DNA of 63,648 bases, counting the filler. It is 8 parts of 8 records of this genome, joined end to end, with 100 filler letters (N's around TTAATTAATTAA, not from the genome) between each part and the next. Parts side by side here need not be neighbours in the genome. Positions count along the whole stretch, not along the records: positions 49,114 to 56,431 come from SRR31156797_68772; positions 56,532 to 63,648 come from SRR31156797_68789; 6 more parts are not named here. One strand, written 5' to 3'. Both the position numbers and the translations under genes were made by a program. Position 1 is the stretch's first letter; each line of letters opens with the position of its first letter. Shown piece by piece: positions 52,311-62,562 of the stretch. Below the pieces are notes generated by a model, which was not told the origin of the DNA, did no database searches, and worked only from the letters and a program-made list of their open reading frames with translations.

Positions 52311-52703
52311 ATGGTGTTTGTTGAATGGAAAGATAAATATAGTCTTGAAAATGAGCTGGTAGATAACCAACATAAAATATTAATTAAAATGCTTAATGAC
52401 CTGGCTGCAGCCGGCCCTGGAGATAAAGAGAGTGTAGCTTGTACCTGCTTGAGTCGTATGGAAAAATATGCGCAGGAGCATTTTCGAGATGAAGAGAAAC
52501 TTATGCGCGATAACGGTTACCTTTATCTTGCTGAGCATATTAAAGAACATGAAGGATTTATCCGGCAGGTTGAAGATTATAAAGATGCTGTTTTTACTAA
52601 GTATGTTCCTTTTCAAGATATGCTGGAATATTTGAATAACTGGTTGGTTGAGCACATCATTAAAAGTGATCGTAAATATGCGCGCTTTATGGGCGGTAAT
52701 TAA
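52311..52703 (+). CDS. Bacteriohemerythrin
   Basis: AGGAGG RBS; W..Y, DNQH, HFRDEE, HIKEH, WLVEHIIKSD. Confidence 0.9.
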   Translation: MVFVEWKDKYSLENELVDNQHKILIKMLNDLAAAGPGDKESVACTCLSRMEKYAQEHFRDEEKLMRDNGYLYLAEHIKEHEGFIRQVEDYKDAVFTKYVPFQDMLEYLNNWLVEHIIKSDRKYARFMGGN

Positions 52704-53524
52704 ATATTTGTGTATTGCGAGGGGGTAGCACCTGTATAGCGCCGGAAGGTGTTGGTGAAGTGGCTCTGGTCTGAGAAGCCACTTTGCAGGGCTGTTTCGG
52801 CAAAGGACATGCCGGAGCGCAGTAGCCTTTTGGCGTGCTCAATGCGCTGCTGCAAGTGGTAACTGTGGGGCGGAAGTCCGGTGGCTTTTCTGAAAACTCG
52901 CAGCAGATGGTAGCGGGAAAGTCCGGTGGCTTGCGAAAGTTCTTCAAGGGAAACCTTTTCGGACAGGTTCTCGTTGAGATATTCGCGGGCTTTTTTTACT
53001 GCCAACGGTTCCTCGGTGTGCGGTACTTTGGATTGGGCTTCGCAATGGCGGGTCAAAAGGGCCGCTGCAGCACGGGCAAGGGCGGTATCCAGGGCCAGCC
53101 TGCTTTTTACCGTTGAGGCGGCGTAATTGAGTTCAGTCAGGGTTCCGGTAGTCAGCTTGTCTTCGGTTACAACGGACCTGAATTCCGGCAACCCATCCGC
53201 TTCATTTAAGTCGCGCAGGGCTTTTTCAAATAACTGGTTGTCAAAACTGAAAACCCGGTAGGTGAGCCGGGTATCGGAGTCGGTAATAACTCCGGAATGG
53301 ACAAGTCCGGGATTAAATAGGGCAATTTCCCCGCCACGCACAAAAGAGCTGCCTGCACCGGGTTGACGGCAATAGCAGCCGCCCGCTTCCATGACCCCTA
53401 CGGAATGAAATCCGTGGGTATGGTTCGGGAAGGAATGGTTGGAATTGATGACTTCCTGAATTTCGAGGCCCTCGATGGATTCGGGGCGCAGGTATCTGAT
53501 TGTTCCTTTATTCATAGGCCTCAC
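52700..53524 (-). CDS. AraC family transcriptional regulator
   Basis: Cupin FPNHTH; HTH LSRYHLLRVF..GFSDQSHFTNTFRR..TP. Confidence 0.92.
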   Translation of the reverse strand: MRPMNKGTIRYLRPESIEGLEIQEVINSNHSFPNHTHGFHSVGVMEAGGCYCRQPGAGSSFVRGGEIALFNPGLVHSGVITDSDTRLTYRVFSFDNQLFEKALRDLNEADGLPEFRSVVTEDKLTTGTLTELNYAASTVKSRLALDTALARAAAALLTRHCEAQSKVPHTEEPLAVKKAREYLNENLSEKVSLEELSQATGLSRYHLLRVFRKATGLPPHSYHLQQRIEHAKRLLRSGMSFAETALQSGFSDQSHFTNTFRRYTGATPSQYTNI

Positions 53525-53613
53525 CGCTTGACCGGAAGAGTTGCATAAACGTTTATGGAAAACAAGCTAATCAGCGTATAGCCGGCGGTCTTGTAGAATA
53601 TTGCTTTCCGTGA

Positions 53614-54639
53614 TTACTTATTGTTTTTTCTTTGAACTCCATGTTTTTTCATGGCCCGGACGATATCATCGAATTGTTCGAGTCCATTAGCCATGATCTT
53701 GATTTCATTGCCATTTCTGGGCTGGATGCGTATGCCCCATTCTTCATTCTGGCGGAGCATCAGCCCTGTGGCTACGGCCTGCATGTTGGTCCCGAAAATC
53801 AGCAACAGGGTTGATAGTCTACCACTAAGTTTAGTCCGGTAATTTTTGAAGTACTCAATCTCATCCCATTGGATGAATTCATCCTTTCCCCTTTTGATAA
53901 TATGGAGTCCTTGAGCACTGAGTTTATAGCAGAGGTCGCTGTATTTCAGTGCGATAAGCAGGAGCGCGGACCAGACGGCGGCCATCAGCCACATGGCTCC
54001 GGTCAGCCAAATCCAGCCCTTGGAGATGTTCAGGATACTTCCTCCGGCATCCATTTCCCAGACAATGGGAAAGGGCAGCAGGAAGAATATTGGGGTGAGG
54101 ATCAAGCCCATCATATCAGGTCCGATTACTGTTGCCCCACGTGGATAATGTATTTCGTCAGCACCATATCTGCGCCGGGGAATGAAGAAGTAGATGGCGA
54201 AGCCGAGCATTATGACTCCCGGGCTATGGTAAAAATACGGATGCTTGAACTGGGCCGGCAGGCTGTAGATATCCCCGGCATGGCTGGCGTATATGCGCAG
54301 CCATTTTTGCCCGGTGTCTATGGAGACAAAAACAGCTTGTTCGGGGTAATGGGATATTTCGCTAAATGGTGGTTCGTCAGGTTTGAATATATATCTTTTG
54401 TGTTTATAGCCGTATGATCTGCTTTCCAGTTCAGGGACATCTTCGGGATTAGTCATGGCTGCTGCCAGTTCAAACCAAACCGGGTCGGTGACAATGATTT
54501 TCCGGCCCTCAATTCTGGAGCCTTCATACGGACTGACAATTAGCAATTGTCCTCCGGGCCAGAGCATGAGGTAGCCGCCAAGGCAGATCAGGAAAAGTGC
54601 GGCAGCTCTTCTGAAAATTTCAATCATGAATAAACTCAT
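53614..54639 (-). CDS. Hypothetical membrane protein
   Basis: Long ORF with 4-5 TM segments. Confidence 0.7.
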   Translation of the reverse strand: MSLFMIEIFRRAAALFLICLGGYLMLWPGGQLLIVSPYEGSRIEGRKIIVTDPVWFELAAAMTNPEDVPELESRSYGYKHKRYIFKPDEPPFSEISHYPEQAVFVSIDTGQKWLRIYASHAGDIYSLPAQFKHPYFYHSPGVIMLGFAIYFFIPRRRYGADEIHYPRGATVIGPDMMGLILTPIFFLLPFPIVWEMDAGGSILNISKGWIWLTGAMWLMAAVWSALLLIALKYSDLCYKLSAQGLHIIKRGKDEFIQWDEIEYFKNYRTKLSGRLSTLLLIFGTNMQAVATGLMLRQNEEWGIRIQPRNGNEIKIMANGLEQFDDIVRAMKKHGVQRKNNK

Positions 54640-54733
54640 GTTTTGTTAAATGGTTTCATCTGAAAAATTATAACATGTACATCTTGCATGGAAAATACAT
54701 TTTGTATCTAATTGAAGTCTAAAGGTAGCCAAC

Positions 54734-55069
54734 ATGGGCAGGACTGTATTTACTGAAAAGGCGATTGAGGTCATTAAGGCTATTCCGGAGGGTAAGGTCT
54801 GTTCATACGGCAAGGTTGCTGCTCTGGCTGGAAATCCCCGTGCAGCGCGGCAGGTTGTGCGTATCTTGCACAGCAGCGGAAAAAAGGAAAATCTGCCATG
54901 GCAGCGGGTGGTAAATCGTGAAGGCCGTATTTCCCTCAAAAAGGGGCAGGGCTATGAAAGGCAGCGTGAATTGTTGGAGCGCGAAGGTATTGAGTTCAGC
55001 CTTGATGATCAGATTGATTTTGAAATTTATCTCTGGATACCTAAGTCTTTAACTGGCTGGGATGAATAA
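54734..55069 (+). CDS. Alkyltransferase-like (ATL/YbaZ, MGMT family) protein
   Basis: IPEGKVCSYG..ARQV..LPWQRVVN (Trp at the catalytic Cys position). Confidence 0.88.
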   Translation: MGRTVFTEKAIEVIKAIPEGKVCSYGKVAALAGNPRAARQVVRILHSSGKKENLPWQRVVNREGRISLKKGQGYERQRELLEREGIEFSLDDQIDFEIYLWIPKSLTGWDE

Positions 55070-55087
55070 TAAAAGCTGGAGAAATTT

Positions 55088-55933
55088 ATGAGTAATATTT
55101 TTGTGCCTGAATTGAAGATGAATGACGGTAATTCGATTCCCGCACTGGGATTCGGTACATACAAGCTCAATGGCTCTGCCGGGGTGGAGACCATGGTCAA
55201 TGCCATCCGTAGCGGATACCGTTTGCTCGATTCCGCTTTCAAGTATGAGAATGAGGGCGCTGTGGGCGAGGCCATCCGCCGTAGCGGGGTTCCACGCGAA
55301 GAGTTGCTGGTCACTTCCAAGGTGCCCGGTCTGCGTCATCGCTACAACGAAGCCCTTTATTCCGTAGAGGAGTCTCTGTATCGGGCCGGACTGGATTATT
55401 ATGATTTTTACCTAATTCACTGGCCCAACCCCAGTCAGGATTTGTTTGTGGAAGCATGGCAGGCCCTGATTGAGGTCCGCAAAAGGGGACTGGTTCGTTC
55501 TATCGGCTGCAGCAATTTTCTGCCAGAACATATGCAGCGGCTTATGGATGAAACCGGGGTGGTTCCGGCAGTGAATCAAGTTGAGCTATATCCCTACTTT
55601 ATCCAGCAGGAACAGCGTGGCTGGCATGCGCAGCACGGGATCATTACCCAGTCATGGAGTCCGCTGGGACGTGACAGTTCAGCCATGCAGGAAACGGAAA
55701 TTAAAGCCATTGGTGATAAGTATGGGAAGAGCGCGGCGCAGGTAATTTTGCGCTGGCATGTGCAAATAGGAGCGGTACCCATTCCCAAGGCAACATCCCC
55801 GGCACGGCAGTTGGAAAATATTAATATCTTTGATTTCGAATTGTCAGCTGACGATATGGCAGCTATCAGTGCATTGGATAAGCCTGACGGCAGACGCAAG
55901 GACCAGCATCCCGCTTATTATGAAGAATATTAA
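55088..55933 (+). CDS. Aldo/keto reductase (2,5-DKG reductase-like)
   Basis: IPALGFGTY, DSAFKYENE, LIHWP, SWSPLG, IPKA. Confidence 0.93.
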   Translation: MSNIFVPELKMNDGNSIPALGFGTYKLNGSAGVETMVNAIRSGYRLLDSAFKYENEGAVGEAIRRSGVPREELLVTSKVPGLRHRYNEALYSVEESLYRAGLDYYDFYLIHWPNPSQDLFVEAWQALIEVRKRGLVRSIGCSNFLPEHMQRLMDETGVVPAVNQVELYPYFIQQEQRGWHAQHGIITQSWSPLGRDSSAMQETEIKAIGDKYGKSAAQVILRWHVQIGAVPIPKATSPARQLENINIFDFELSADDMAAISALDKPDGRRKDQHPAYYEEY

Positions 55934-55939
55934 ATGATA

Positions 55940-55968
55940 AAGGCCCGGAACGAAACGTTCCGGGCCTT
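55940..55968. terminator. Bidirectional terminator between convergent genes
   Basis: aaggcccggaac / gttccgggcctt inverted repeat. Confidence 0.7.
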
Positions 55969-55992
55969 GCTTTTGGGTTTTTCTATAGGTTT

Positions 55993-56431
55993 TTATTCCG
56001 CTTTCAAATCTTCCACGATCTTCTGCATCTCAGATACCTGCACGGCAAGGGATTCAAGGGCTGTGCTGAATTCCCGAGCGCTGTCGGTTGTTTCAGTGGT
56101 GATGCGGCTGATCTCTTCAACCGATCCGTTGATTTCTTCGGATGTGGCGGACTGTTCTTCGGCTGCGGTGGCAATGGACTGGATCTGGACCGCGCTTTCC
56201 TCGGCTCCGCTTACGATTTCTTTTAGCATTGAGCCGGAGCTTTCCGAGAAATCATTGGCTTCCTCAATGCGGGCGTAGACGGTTTCCATGGAGCGGATAT
56301 TTTCTCCGGCTACACGCTGGATTGCACCGATGGAATTGGAGACCTCTCCGGTGGCAGTCATTGTTTTTTCGGCCAGTTTGCGGACTTCATCGGCAACAAC
56401 AGCGAATCCGCGTCCGGCTTCACCTGCACGG
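55993..56431 (-). CDS. Methyl-accepting chemotaxis protein, C-terminal fragment
   Basis: RAGEAGRGFAVVADEVRKLAEKT..IATAAEEQSATSEEI. Confidence 0.92.
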
Positions 56432-56531
56432 NNNNNNNNNNNNNNNNNNNNNNNNNNNNNNNNNNNNNNNNNNNNTTAATTAATTAANNNNNNNNNNNNN
56501 NNNNNNNNNNNNNNNNNNNNNNNNNNNNNNN
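56432..56531. other. Artificial contig linker
   Basis: 44 N + TTAATTAATTAA + 44 N. Confidence 0.98.
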
Positions 56532-56942
56532 GATCTTGCCCACGGTGGCCGTGGTGGCGGCGCTGGAGCCGGACACGGCGGCGAACAGGGAGCAGGCAAA
56601 CACGTTGATGTGGAGAAGCCTGCCCGGCACCTTGGCCAGCCAGGGCAACAGCCCGTTCAACAGCTTGGTGGAGATGGCCGTCCGGTAGAGGATCTCCCCC
56701 ATGAGGATGAACAGGGGCAGGGCCGTCAAGGACCAGGAGTTGGTGCTGTTGTAAATGGAGTTGGACAACAGCCCCCCGATCTTGTCCCACACCGATATCA
56801 CCGGGGGCAGGTTGAGGTCAAAGACCAGCATGCCGAAGATTCCCGTCCCCAGCAGGGAAAACCCGATCCACAGTCCGGAAAACAGGCATAGAAACATGAA
56901 GCCGAATAATACAAGGGACATTAGTAAGGGATCGGAAATCAT
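56532..56942 (-). CDS. TRAP transporter large permease (DctM), 3'-truncated
   Basis: LTALPLFILMGE..FAAVSGSSAAT. Confidence 0.9.
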
Positions 56943-57415
56943 AATAGCCTCTTTAAAAAACGCGCCGCAAGCTGCAAGTCAAACATGAAAAGGCCCGCGG
57001 GAATGACTACCTGGGAAAGGTAGATGGGTGTTTCACTGATGGTGTCCGCCCTCATGCCCAGCTCCCACGACTCATAGACCATGAGGGAGGTGTGGTACAG
57101 GGCAAAGGTGGTGATGGCCATGGCCGCAAGGGTGGCGACCATGTCCAGCACGCCCCTGCCCTTCTTGCCGAGGAGGGAGGTCAGCAGGGTGATCCGGATG
57201 TGGGCGTCCTCTTTCAGGGTGAAGGCAAGACCCAGGAGGACTACCCCCACAAAGAAGTAGGCGCTGTACTCGTCCGCGATGAGGGTCGAGGTGTTGAACA
57301 CCGAACGCAGCACGATCTCAACGGCGATGAGCAGCACGATCAGGACCATGAAAACGGCCGACAACGAGGCTCCCCACAGGGAGAGCCTCTCTATGAAGGT
57401 GACGGCCCTTTTCAT
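56939..57415 (-). CDS. TRAP transporter small permease (DctQ)
   Basis: 4 TM helices, ADEYSAY..HIRIT. Confidence 0.88.
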   Translation of the reverse strand: MKRAVTFIERLSLWGASLSAVFMVLIVLLIAVEIVLRSVFNTSTLIADEYSAYFFVGVVLLGLAFTLKEDAHIRITLLTSLLGKKGRGVLDMVATLAAMAITTFALYHTSLMVYESWELGMRADTISETPIYLSQVVIPAGLFMFDLQLAARFLKRLL

Positions 57416-58395
57416 TTGGCGTATTTGTCCAGGACGGATTTGGTCTTTTTGTCGGCCTTGGCGGCAAAGGTCTCTACGATCTTGGCCGCAGCCTTGTCCA
57501 TCTCTGTGGAAAGGGTGTCAGAGGGATTCGCAATGGTGAACCCCTTTTCTTTGATGATGGCAAGGGCCTCCAGGGTTTTGGCCTCGGACCGGTCCCACTG
57601 GTTCTTTTCCGTATCCGCCGCGGCCTTGAGCAGGGCGTTCTGCTGGGCCTTTGTCATGGCTCCCCAGTAGTCCAGGTTGACGGTGACCATGTTCAAGGGA
57701 AAGGCGTAGTTGATGTTGGTGAAGTTGCCCAGTACTTCCCAGAACTTGCCGTTCTTGGTGGATTCGGCCGAGGTGAGCACCGAGTCGATCATGCCGGTTC
57801 TCAGGGATGAGTAAACTTCGCCCCAGGGAAGGGAGAGGGGCGCGCCGCCCAGTTCCCTCAGGAAGTTGGCGCCGTTCTTGTCATAGGTCCGGGTCTTGAG
57901 GCCCTTGATGTCGGCGGCGGTGTTTACCGCTTTCTTGGTGACAAGTCCGCTGGGGGGCCAGGGCGCGGCATAGAGAAGTTTCTGGTTCCATTTTTTGGCG
58001 GCCTTTTCATACAGGGGCTTGCAGTCGGTGTAGAGGGCCTTTGCTTCGTCAAAGGAGGCGGCAAGCCGGGGCAGGGAGCTTAAGCCGAATACATGCTCAC
58101 TGCCGGCAACAACCCCCATGAGGATGTCACTCATGGGCAGCTGGGCGTCTTTCACGGATTTTAACAACTCGGGTCCCTTGAATCCAAGGCTGCCGCCCGG
58201 ATGAACGGTGATGTCGATGTCGCCGTTTGAATACTCCTTTGCAAGCTTGGCAAAATCCATGGCGCCAACGGTATGAAAGCTGGTCGCGCCGTAGACGGCG
58301 TTGAGGTCGAGCTTCATGGGTTTGCCGGCCCAGGCAAAGGTTGCAGAAAAGAGAACAAGTGTCATGATGACCACGATTTTTTTGAATGTGTCCAT
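57412..58395 (-). CDS. TRAP transporter substrate-binding protein (DctP)
   Basis: Signal peptide; HPGGSLG, GLKTRT, PWGEVYSSL. Confidence 0.92.
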   Translation of the reverse strand: MDTFKKIVVIMTLVLFSATFAWAGKPMKLDLNAVYGATSFHTVGAMDFAKLAKEYSNGDIDITVHPGGSLGFKGPELLKSVKDAQLPMSDILMGVVAGSEHVFGLSSLPRLAASFDEAKALYTDCKPLYEKAAKKWNQKLLYAAPWPPSGLVTKKAVNTAADIKGLKTRTYDKNGANFLRELGGAPLSLPWGEVYSSLRTGMIDSVLTSAESTKNGKFWEVLGNFTNINYAFPLNMVTVNLDYWGAMTKAQQNALLKAAADTEKNQWDRSEAKTLEALAIIKEKGFTIANPSDTLSTEMDKAAAKIVETFAAKADKKTKSVLDKYAK

Positions 58396-58456
58396 TCTTT
58401 ACTCCTCTTGAAAAACGTTGTTGTCATTATCTAAAGATGCGGACCTTCCGCATCGG

Positions 58457-59461
58457 TCAAATTTGAATCAGGTGCCGCGTCAGGCGCTGGCTGAGCCCTG
58501 CCGGGTCCTCCCCGGGGGCCGCAAGATCCATGGCCCCAAGGGCCTTGAAAAAGGCGGCCCTCTTCCGGTAGGCCCTGTGGGCATCGTCCAGGGTGATCCG
58601 AACAAAGCGAACCGTGTCCCCGGGCACGGCCTGGGCCAGCCGGGCCAGATCCGTTGAGATCACGGTGGCGATCTTTGTGTATCCTCCCACGGTCTGCTCG
58701 GCCAGGAGCACGATGGGCTGTCCGTCCGGGGGCACCTGGACCCCGCCGGGAAGGCTGGGTTCCGAGATGATGCTTGCGGGCATGTAGGACCGCTGGGCAA
58801 TTACGGGCCCGGTCAGGCGGTATCCCATGCGGTTGGCCTGGTGGGAGACGGTGAAGCCGGCGCTGAAAAAGCGTTCCAGGCCCTGGTCAAAATAGTCGTC
58901 CTGGGGGCCGGGGATCGCCCTGAGCCGGATCTCGTGGCCGTAGTCGGGCACAAACGCTTCGGGCAGCTGCCGTGGCTTGTCCAGGGGCGGGGCGTCGAAC
59001 CGCTCGATGATGTCGTCCGCCTTGAGGGCACGGCCCTCCAGCCCGCCGATACGGGCGCCGATGTAGCAGGAGCGGCTGCCCATCACTTCCGGCACATTGA
59101 TGCCGCCGGTGACGGCCAGATAGCTTCTGCACCCGGTGACCGCCTGGTTAAAGACCAGAAGATCGCCCTTTTTCACCCGAAGGGAACGCCAGTTGCCGGC
59201 GGGGCGGCCATTGACGGTCAGTTTCATGTCGGCCCCTGCCACGGCGATGTCGGTGTCACAGCGCACCTCCAGGGTCGGTCCCATGAAGGTGAGCTCCAGG
59301 ACCGCCTGGTTGCCCGTGTTGCCCGCCAAAAGGTTGGCGATCCGTCCTGCGTCCTTGTCCAGCATGCCGCAGGCGGGCACCCCGAACTGCTGGTACCCGA
59401 ACCGGCCCAGGTCCTGGACCAGGGTGTGGGCGCCGGGTTCAATGGTTTTAAAGAGTTGCAT
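58457..59461 (-). CDS. pxpC: 5-oxoprolinase subunit C (KipA/AHS2)
   Basis: VQDLGRFG, NRMGYRL, QVPPDGQPIVL..TVGGY. Confidence 0.9.
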   Translation of the reverse strand: MQLFKTIEPGAHTLVQDLGRFGYQQFGVPACGMLDKDAGRIANLLAGNTGNQAVLELTFMGPTLEVRCDTDIAVAGADMKLTVNGRPAGNWRSLRVKKGDLLVFNQAVTGCRSYLAVTGGINVPEVMGSRSCYIGARIGGLEGRALKADDIIERFDAPPLDKPRQLPEAFVPDYGHEIRLRAIPGPQDDYFDQGLERFFSAGFTVSHQANRMGYRLTGPVIAQRSYMPASIISEPSLPGGVQVPPDGQPIVLLAEQTVGGYTKIATVISTDLARLAQAVPGDTVRFVRITLDDAHRAYRKRAAFFKALGAMDLAAPGEDPAGLSQRLTRHLIQI

Positions 59462-60165
59462 TACCCTTGCCTCCCTTTGATCTCGTGGTACGCGTCAAGA
59501 TCGATGGCCCGGAACTTCAACAGGTTCCCCGCCTTGAGCAGGATGGGATCCTTCCGTGCCGGATCAAACAGCTTGACGGGGCAGCGGCCGATGAGCTGCC
59601 AGCCCCCGGGGCTCTCGATGGGATAGATGCCGGTCTGGTTGTTGGCGATGCCCACGGACCCCCAGGGCACCCGTTTCCGGGGGGAGTCCAGCCGGGGGGT
59701 GTGCAGTTGTTCCGACAGCCCGCCCAGGTAGGGAAAGCCCGGGGTGAACCCGATCATGTAGATGGGGTAGCGGGGCCGGGTGTGGATCTCGATCACCGCT
59801 TCGGGGGTGAGGCCGTGGATTTTGGCCACGGATTCCAGGTCCGGTCCCAGGGTGGGGTGGTAGCACACGGGCAGCTCAACCGTGTCCGGCTCGGCAAGGG
59901 CCGTGTCCCCAAGGTTCTTGTTCATCCGGTTAAGGAGGGGCTTGAGGGTGGCCGGCGTTGTCACGCAGGGGTCGTAGATCACGATCACCGAACAGTAGGT
60001 GGGGATCACCTCCGTGATGCCGGGAACGGGATCGGCCTCGAGCAGGCCTGCCATGGCGCGAATCCGCTGGTTGATGCCGGGATCGATGGCGTCCCCGAAC
60101 TCCATGAGCAGCCCGCAGTCCCCGGCCGTGCGGAAGTAGGGGGTATGGTAGCGTCCCTTAGCCAT
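59461..60165 (-). CDS. pxpB: 5-oxoprolinase subunit B (KipI/AHS1)
   Basis: GFTPGFPYL, QTGIYP.ESPGGWQLIG; likely start ATG 60165. Confidence 0.9.
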   Translation of the reverse strand: MAKGRYHTPYFRTAGDCGLLMEFGDAIDPGINQRIRAMAGLLEADPVPGITEVIPTYCSVIVIYDPCVTTPATLKPLLNRMNKNLGDTALAEPDTVELPVCYHPTLGPDLESVAKIHGLTPEAVIEIHTRPRYPIYMIGFTPGFPYLGGLSEQLHTPRLDSPRKRVPWGSVGIANNQTGIYPIESPGGWQLIGRCPVKLFDPARKDPILLKAGNLLKFRAIDLDAYHEIKGRQG

Positions 60166-60952
60166 TGTGCTGTCCAACCGTGGCATCGATGGCCGGCGCC
60201 AGGGTGACCCCGTTGGCCGCCATCAGGTTGCGGATGGTTTTCACCAGGTCCACGGCCGTGGGGTTGTCCCCGTGGATGCAGAGGGTCTGGGCCTTGAGCT
60301 TTATCCTGCTGCCGTCGGTGGCGATCACCTGGCCTTGGGTGGCCATCATCAACGCCCGCTCCGCCACTTCCGACGGATTGCTGATCACGGCCCCGGGCAG
60401 TTTTCGCGGGGCCAGGGTGCCTTCCGGGGTGTAGGCCCGGTCGGGAAAGGCCTCGAAGATCACCTTCAGGCCCATGGTGCGGGACAGTTCCGCCATGGGC
60501 TCACCCTTTTTGCCGGCCAGGGCCACGTAGGCCATGTCTGGATCCACGTCCATGATGGCCCGGGCGATGGTGGCGGCGGTTTCCGGGTCCTCCACGGCCT
60601 TGAGGTAGAGGCTGCCGTGGGGCTTGACATGGGTGACCCGGGTGTTGTGGGCCCGGGCAAAGGCCTGGAGGGCGCCGATCTGGTAGATGATGGCGCTCCT
60701 GAGCTCCCGGGGGGTCAGGTCCATGTGCCGCCTGCCGAAGCCGGCAATGTCGGGGTAGCCCGGGTGGGCGCCGATGTTGACCCCGTTCTTTCTGGCCAGA
60801 CCGATGGTTTTGTCCATCACCATGGGGTCGCCGGCGTGGTAGCCGCAGGCGATGTTCGCCGAGGTGATCAGCGGCATCACTGCCTCGTCCATGCCAAGGG
60901 TATACGCCCCGAAACTCTCTCCCATATCGCAGTTCAGATCAATGGTCGTCAC
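60158..60952 (-). CDS. pxpA: 5-oxoprolinase subunit A (LamB/YcsF)
   Basis: IDLNCDMGESFG, NIACGYHAGDP, HVKPHG, LCIHGD. Confidence 0.92.
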   Translation of the reverse strand: MTTIDLNCDMGESFGAYTLGMDEAVMPLITSANIACGYHAGDPMVMDKTIGLARKNGVNIGAHPGYPDIAGFGRRHMDLTPRELRSAIIYQIGALQAFARAHNTRVTHVKPHGSLYLKAVEDPETAATIARAIMDVDPDMAYVALAGKKGEPMAELSRTMGLKVIFEAFPDRAYTPEGTLAPRKLPGAVISNPSEVAERALMMATQGQVIATDGSRIKLKAQTLCIHGDNPTAVDLVKTIRNLMAANGVTLAPAIDATVGQHNG

Positions 60953-62562
60953 GATTTCCTTCCTTTGATGTTGTCGGGCCGGAGCGCGCCGTAGCCGCCC
61001 CCGCCCGGGGTCTCTAACCGCAGGATTTCATTGGTTTTCATCTGGGTGTGGAACTTGCCGGGCATGGGTTCCGCCCGGCCGTTCCGCAGAATCTTGTTGG
61101 CCCCCGGCTTGCCGGGATTTCCCCCCGCCACCCCGTAGGGCCGGGTCCTGCGCCGCTCGGAGATCACGGTCACCTCGGCGTCGGACAACAGCTTCATCTC
61201 CCGGACAAGGCCGCTGCCCCCGGAGAAGCGGCCCCGGCCCCCCGAGTGCTTGCGGATGGCGTACCGGGTCACCAGAAAGGGGTAGCTGTACTCCAGGGCT
61301 TCCACCGGGGTGTTGAGGGTGTTGGTCATGTGGGAATGGACCGCGCTCTCCCCGTGGGACGTGGCCGTTGCGCCCATGCCCCCGGCCAGGGTCTCGTAGT
61401 AGGCAAAGGGGTGGCCGGTCCGGCCGTCGATGCCGCCGATGGTGATGTTGTTCATGGTGCCCTGGCTGGCCGCGGGCATCTGGCCGGGCAGCGCCTTGTT
61501 CAGCGCGCCCATGACCGTGTCCACCACCCGCTGGGAGGTCTCCACGTTGCCCCCCGCCACCGGGGCGGGAAAGGTGGCGTCCACGATGGTGCCCTTCCGG
61601 GTCTTGACGGTGATGGGCCGGAAGCTGCCGGCGTTAAAGGGAATCTCCTCCCGGATCAGGGTCCTGAACACATAGATCACGGCGGAAAGGGTGATGGAGA
61701 ACACCGCGTTGACGCTGCCCGGCACCTGGTCGGCGGATTCGGTGAAGTCCAGGAAGGCCTGGTCCTTGTCGATGGTGAGGGTCACCCGGATGGCGATCTC
61801 CTCCGTGTCCAGGCCGTCGTCGTCCAGCCGGTCCTCAAAGGTGTAGCTGCCGTCCGGGATGGTGGCGATCTGTTGCCGGGTGACGGCCTCGGAATAGTCC
61901 ATGAGGGCCCTGGCATGGAAGAGCACCTTGTCCAGGCTTTGGGCGGCGATCAGCTCCTTCATCCGCTTGATGCCCGTGGTGTTGGCCATGATTTGGGCCT
62001 CGAAATCCCCCTCCCGCTCGTGGGGGGTCCGGACGTTGCTGAGAAACAGGGTCATGAGATCCCGGTCCCGTTCCCCCTGCTTCACGATCTTCAGGGGCGG
62101 GATGATGATGCCTTCCTGGAACAGCGAGGTGGAAAGCGGCATGGAGCCCGAGGTCATGCCCCCCACATCCGCGTGGTGGGCCCGGTTGGCCACGAAAAAC
62201 AGGGGCTTGGGACCGCTGCCGAACACCGGGGCCACCAGGGTGATGTCCGGCAGGTGGCTGCCGCCCCGGTAGGGATCGTTGAGCATCACCATGTCGCCCT
62301 CGTGGAAATCCACGCTCTCGATGGCGGTTTTCACGGACATGGGCATGGAACCCAGGTGGACCGGGATGTGGGCGGCCTGGGCGATCATCTCCCCAGCGCC
62401 GTCAAACAGGGCGCAGGAGAAGTCGCGGCGCTCCTTGATGTTGGGGGAGAAGGCGGTGCGGTTCAGGGTCACCCCCATCTCTTCGCAGATGGAGGAGAAC
62501 CGGTTCTTGAACACCTCCATCAGGACCGGGCTGGGTTTGTCGGTTTTTGCGGGTTGGGTCAT
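60949..62562 (-). CDS. Hydantoinase B / oxoprolinase family subunit
   Basis: TAFSPNIKERRDFSCA, NDPYRGGSHLPD, ETPGGGGYG. Confidence 0.93.
   Translation of the reverse strand: MTQPAKTDKPSPVLMEVFKNRFSSICEEMGVTLNRTAFSPNIKERRDFSCALFDGAGEMIAQAAHIPVHLGSMPMSVKTAIESVDFHEGDMVMLNDPYRGGSHLPDITLVAPVFGSGPKPLFFVANRAHHADVGGMTSGSMPLSTSLFQEGIIIPPLKIVKQGERDRDLMTLFLSNVRTPHEREGDFEAQIMANTTGIKRMKELIAAQSLDKVLFHARALMDYSEAVTRQQIATIPDGSYTFEDRLDDDGLDTEEIAIRVTLTIDKDQAFLDFTESADQVPGSVNAVFSITLSAVIYVFRTLIREEIPFNAGSFRPITVKTRKGTIVDATFPAPVAGGNVETSQRVVDTVMGALNKALPGQMPAASQGTMNNITIGGIDGRTGHPFAYYETLAGGMGATATSHGESAVHSHMTNTLNTPVEALEYSYPFLVTRYAIRKHSGGRGRFSGGSGLVREMKLLSDAEVTVISERRRTRPYGVAGGNPGKPGANKILRNGRAEPMPGKFHTQMKTNEILRLETPGGGGYGALRPDNIKGRKS

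Noticed and set aside
7255-56531. Seven identical TTAATTAATTAA elements flanked by N runs
   Set aside because: Artificial all-frame-stop spacers. They are not biological repeats, so linkage across them and ORFs running into them are meaningless.
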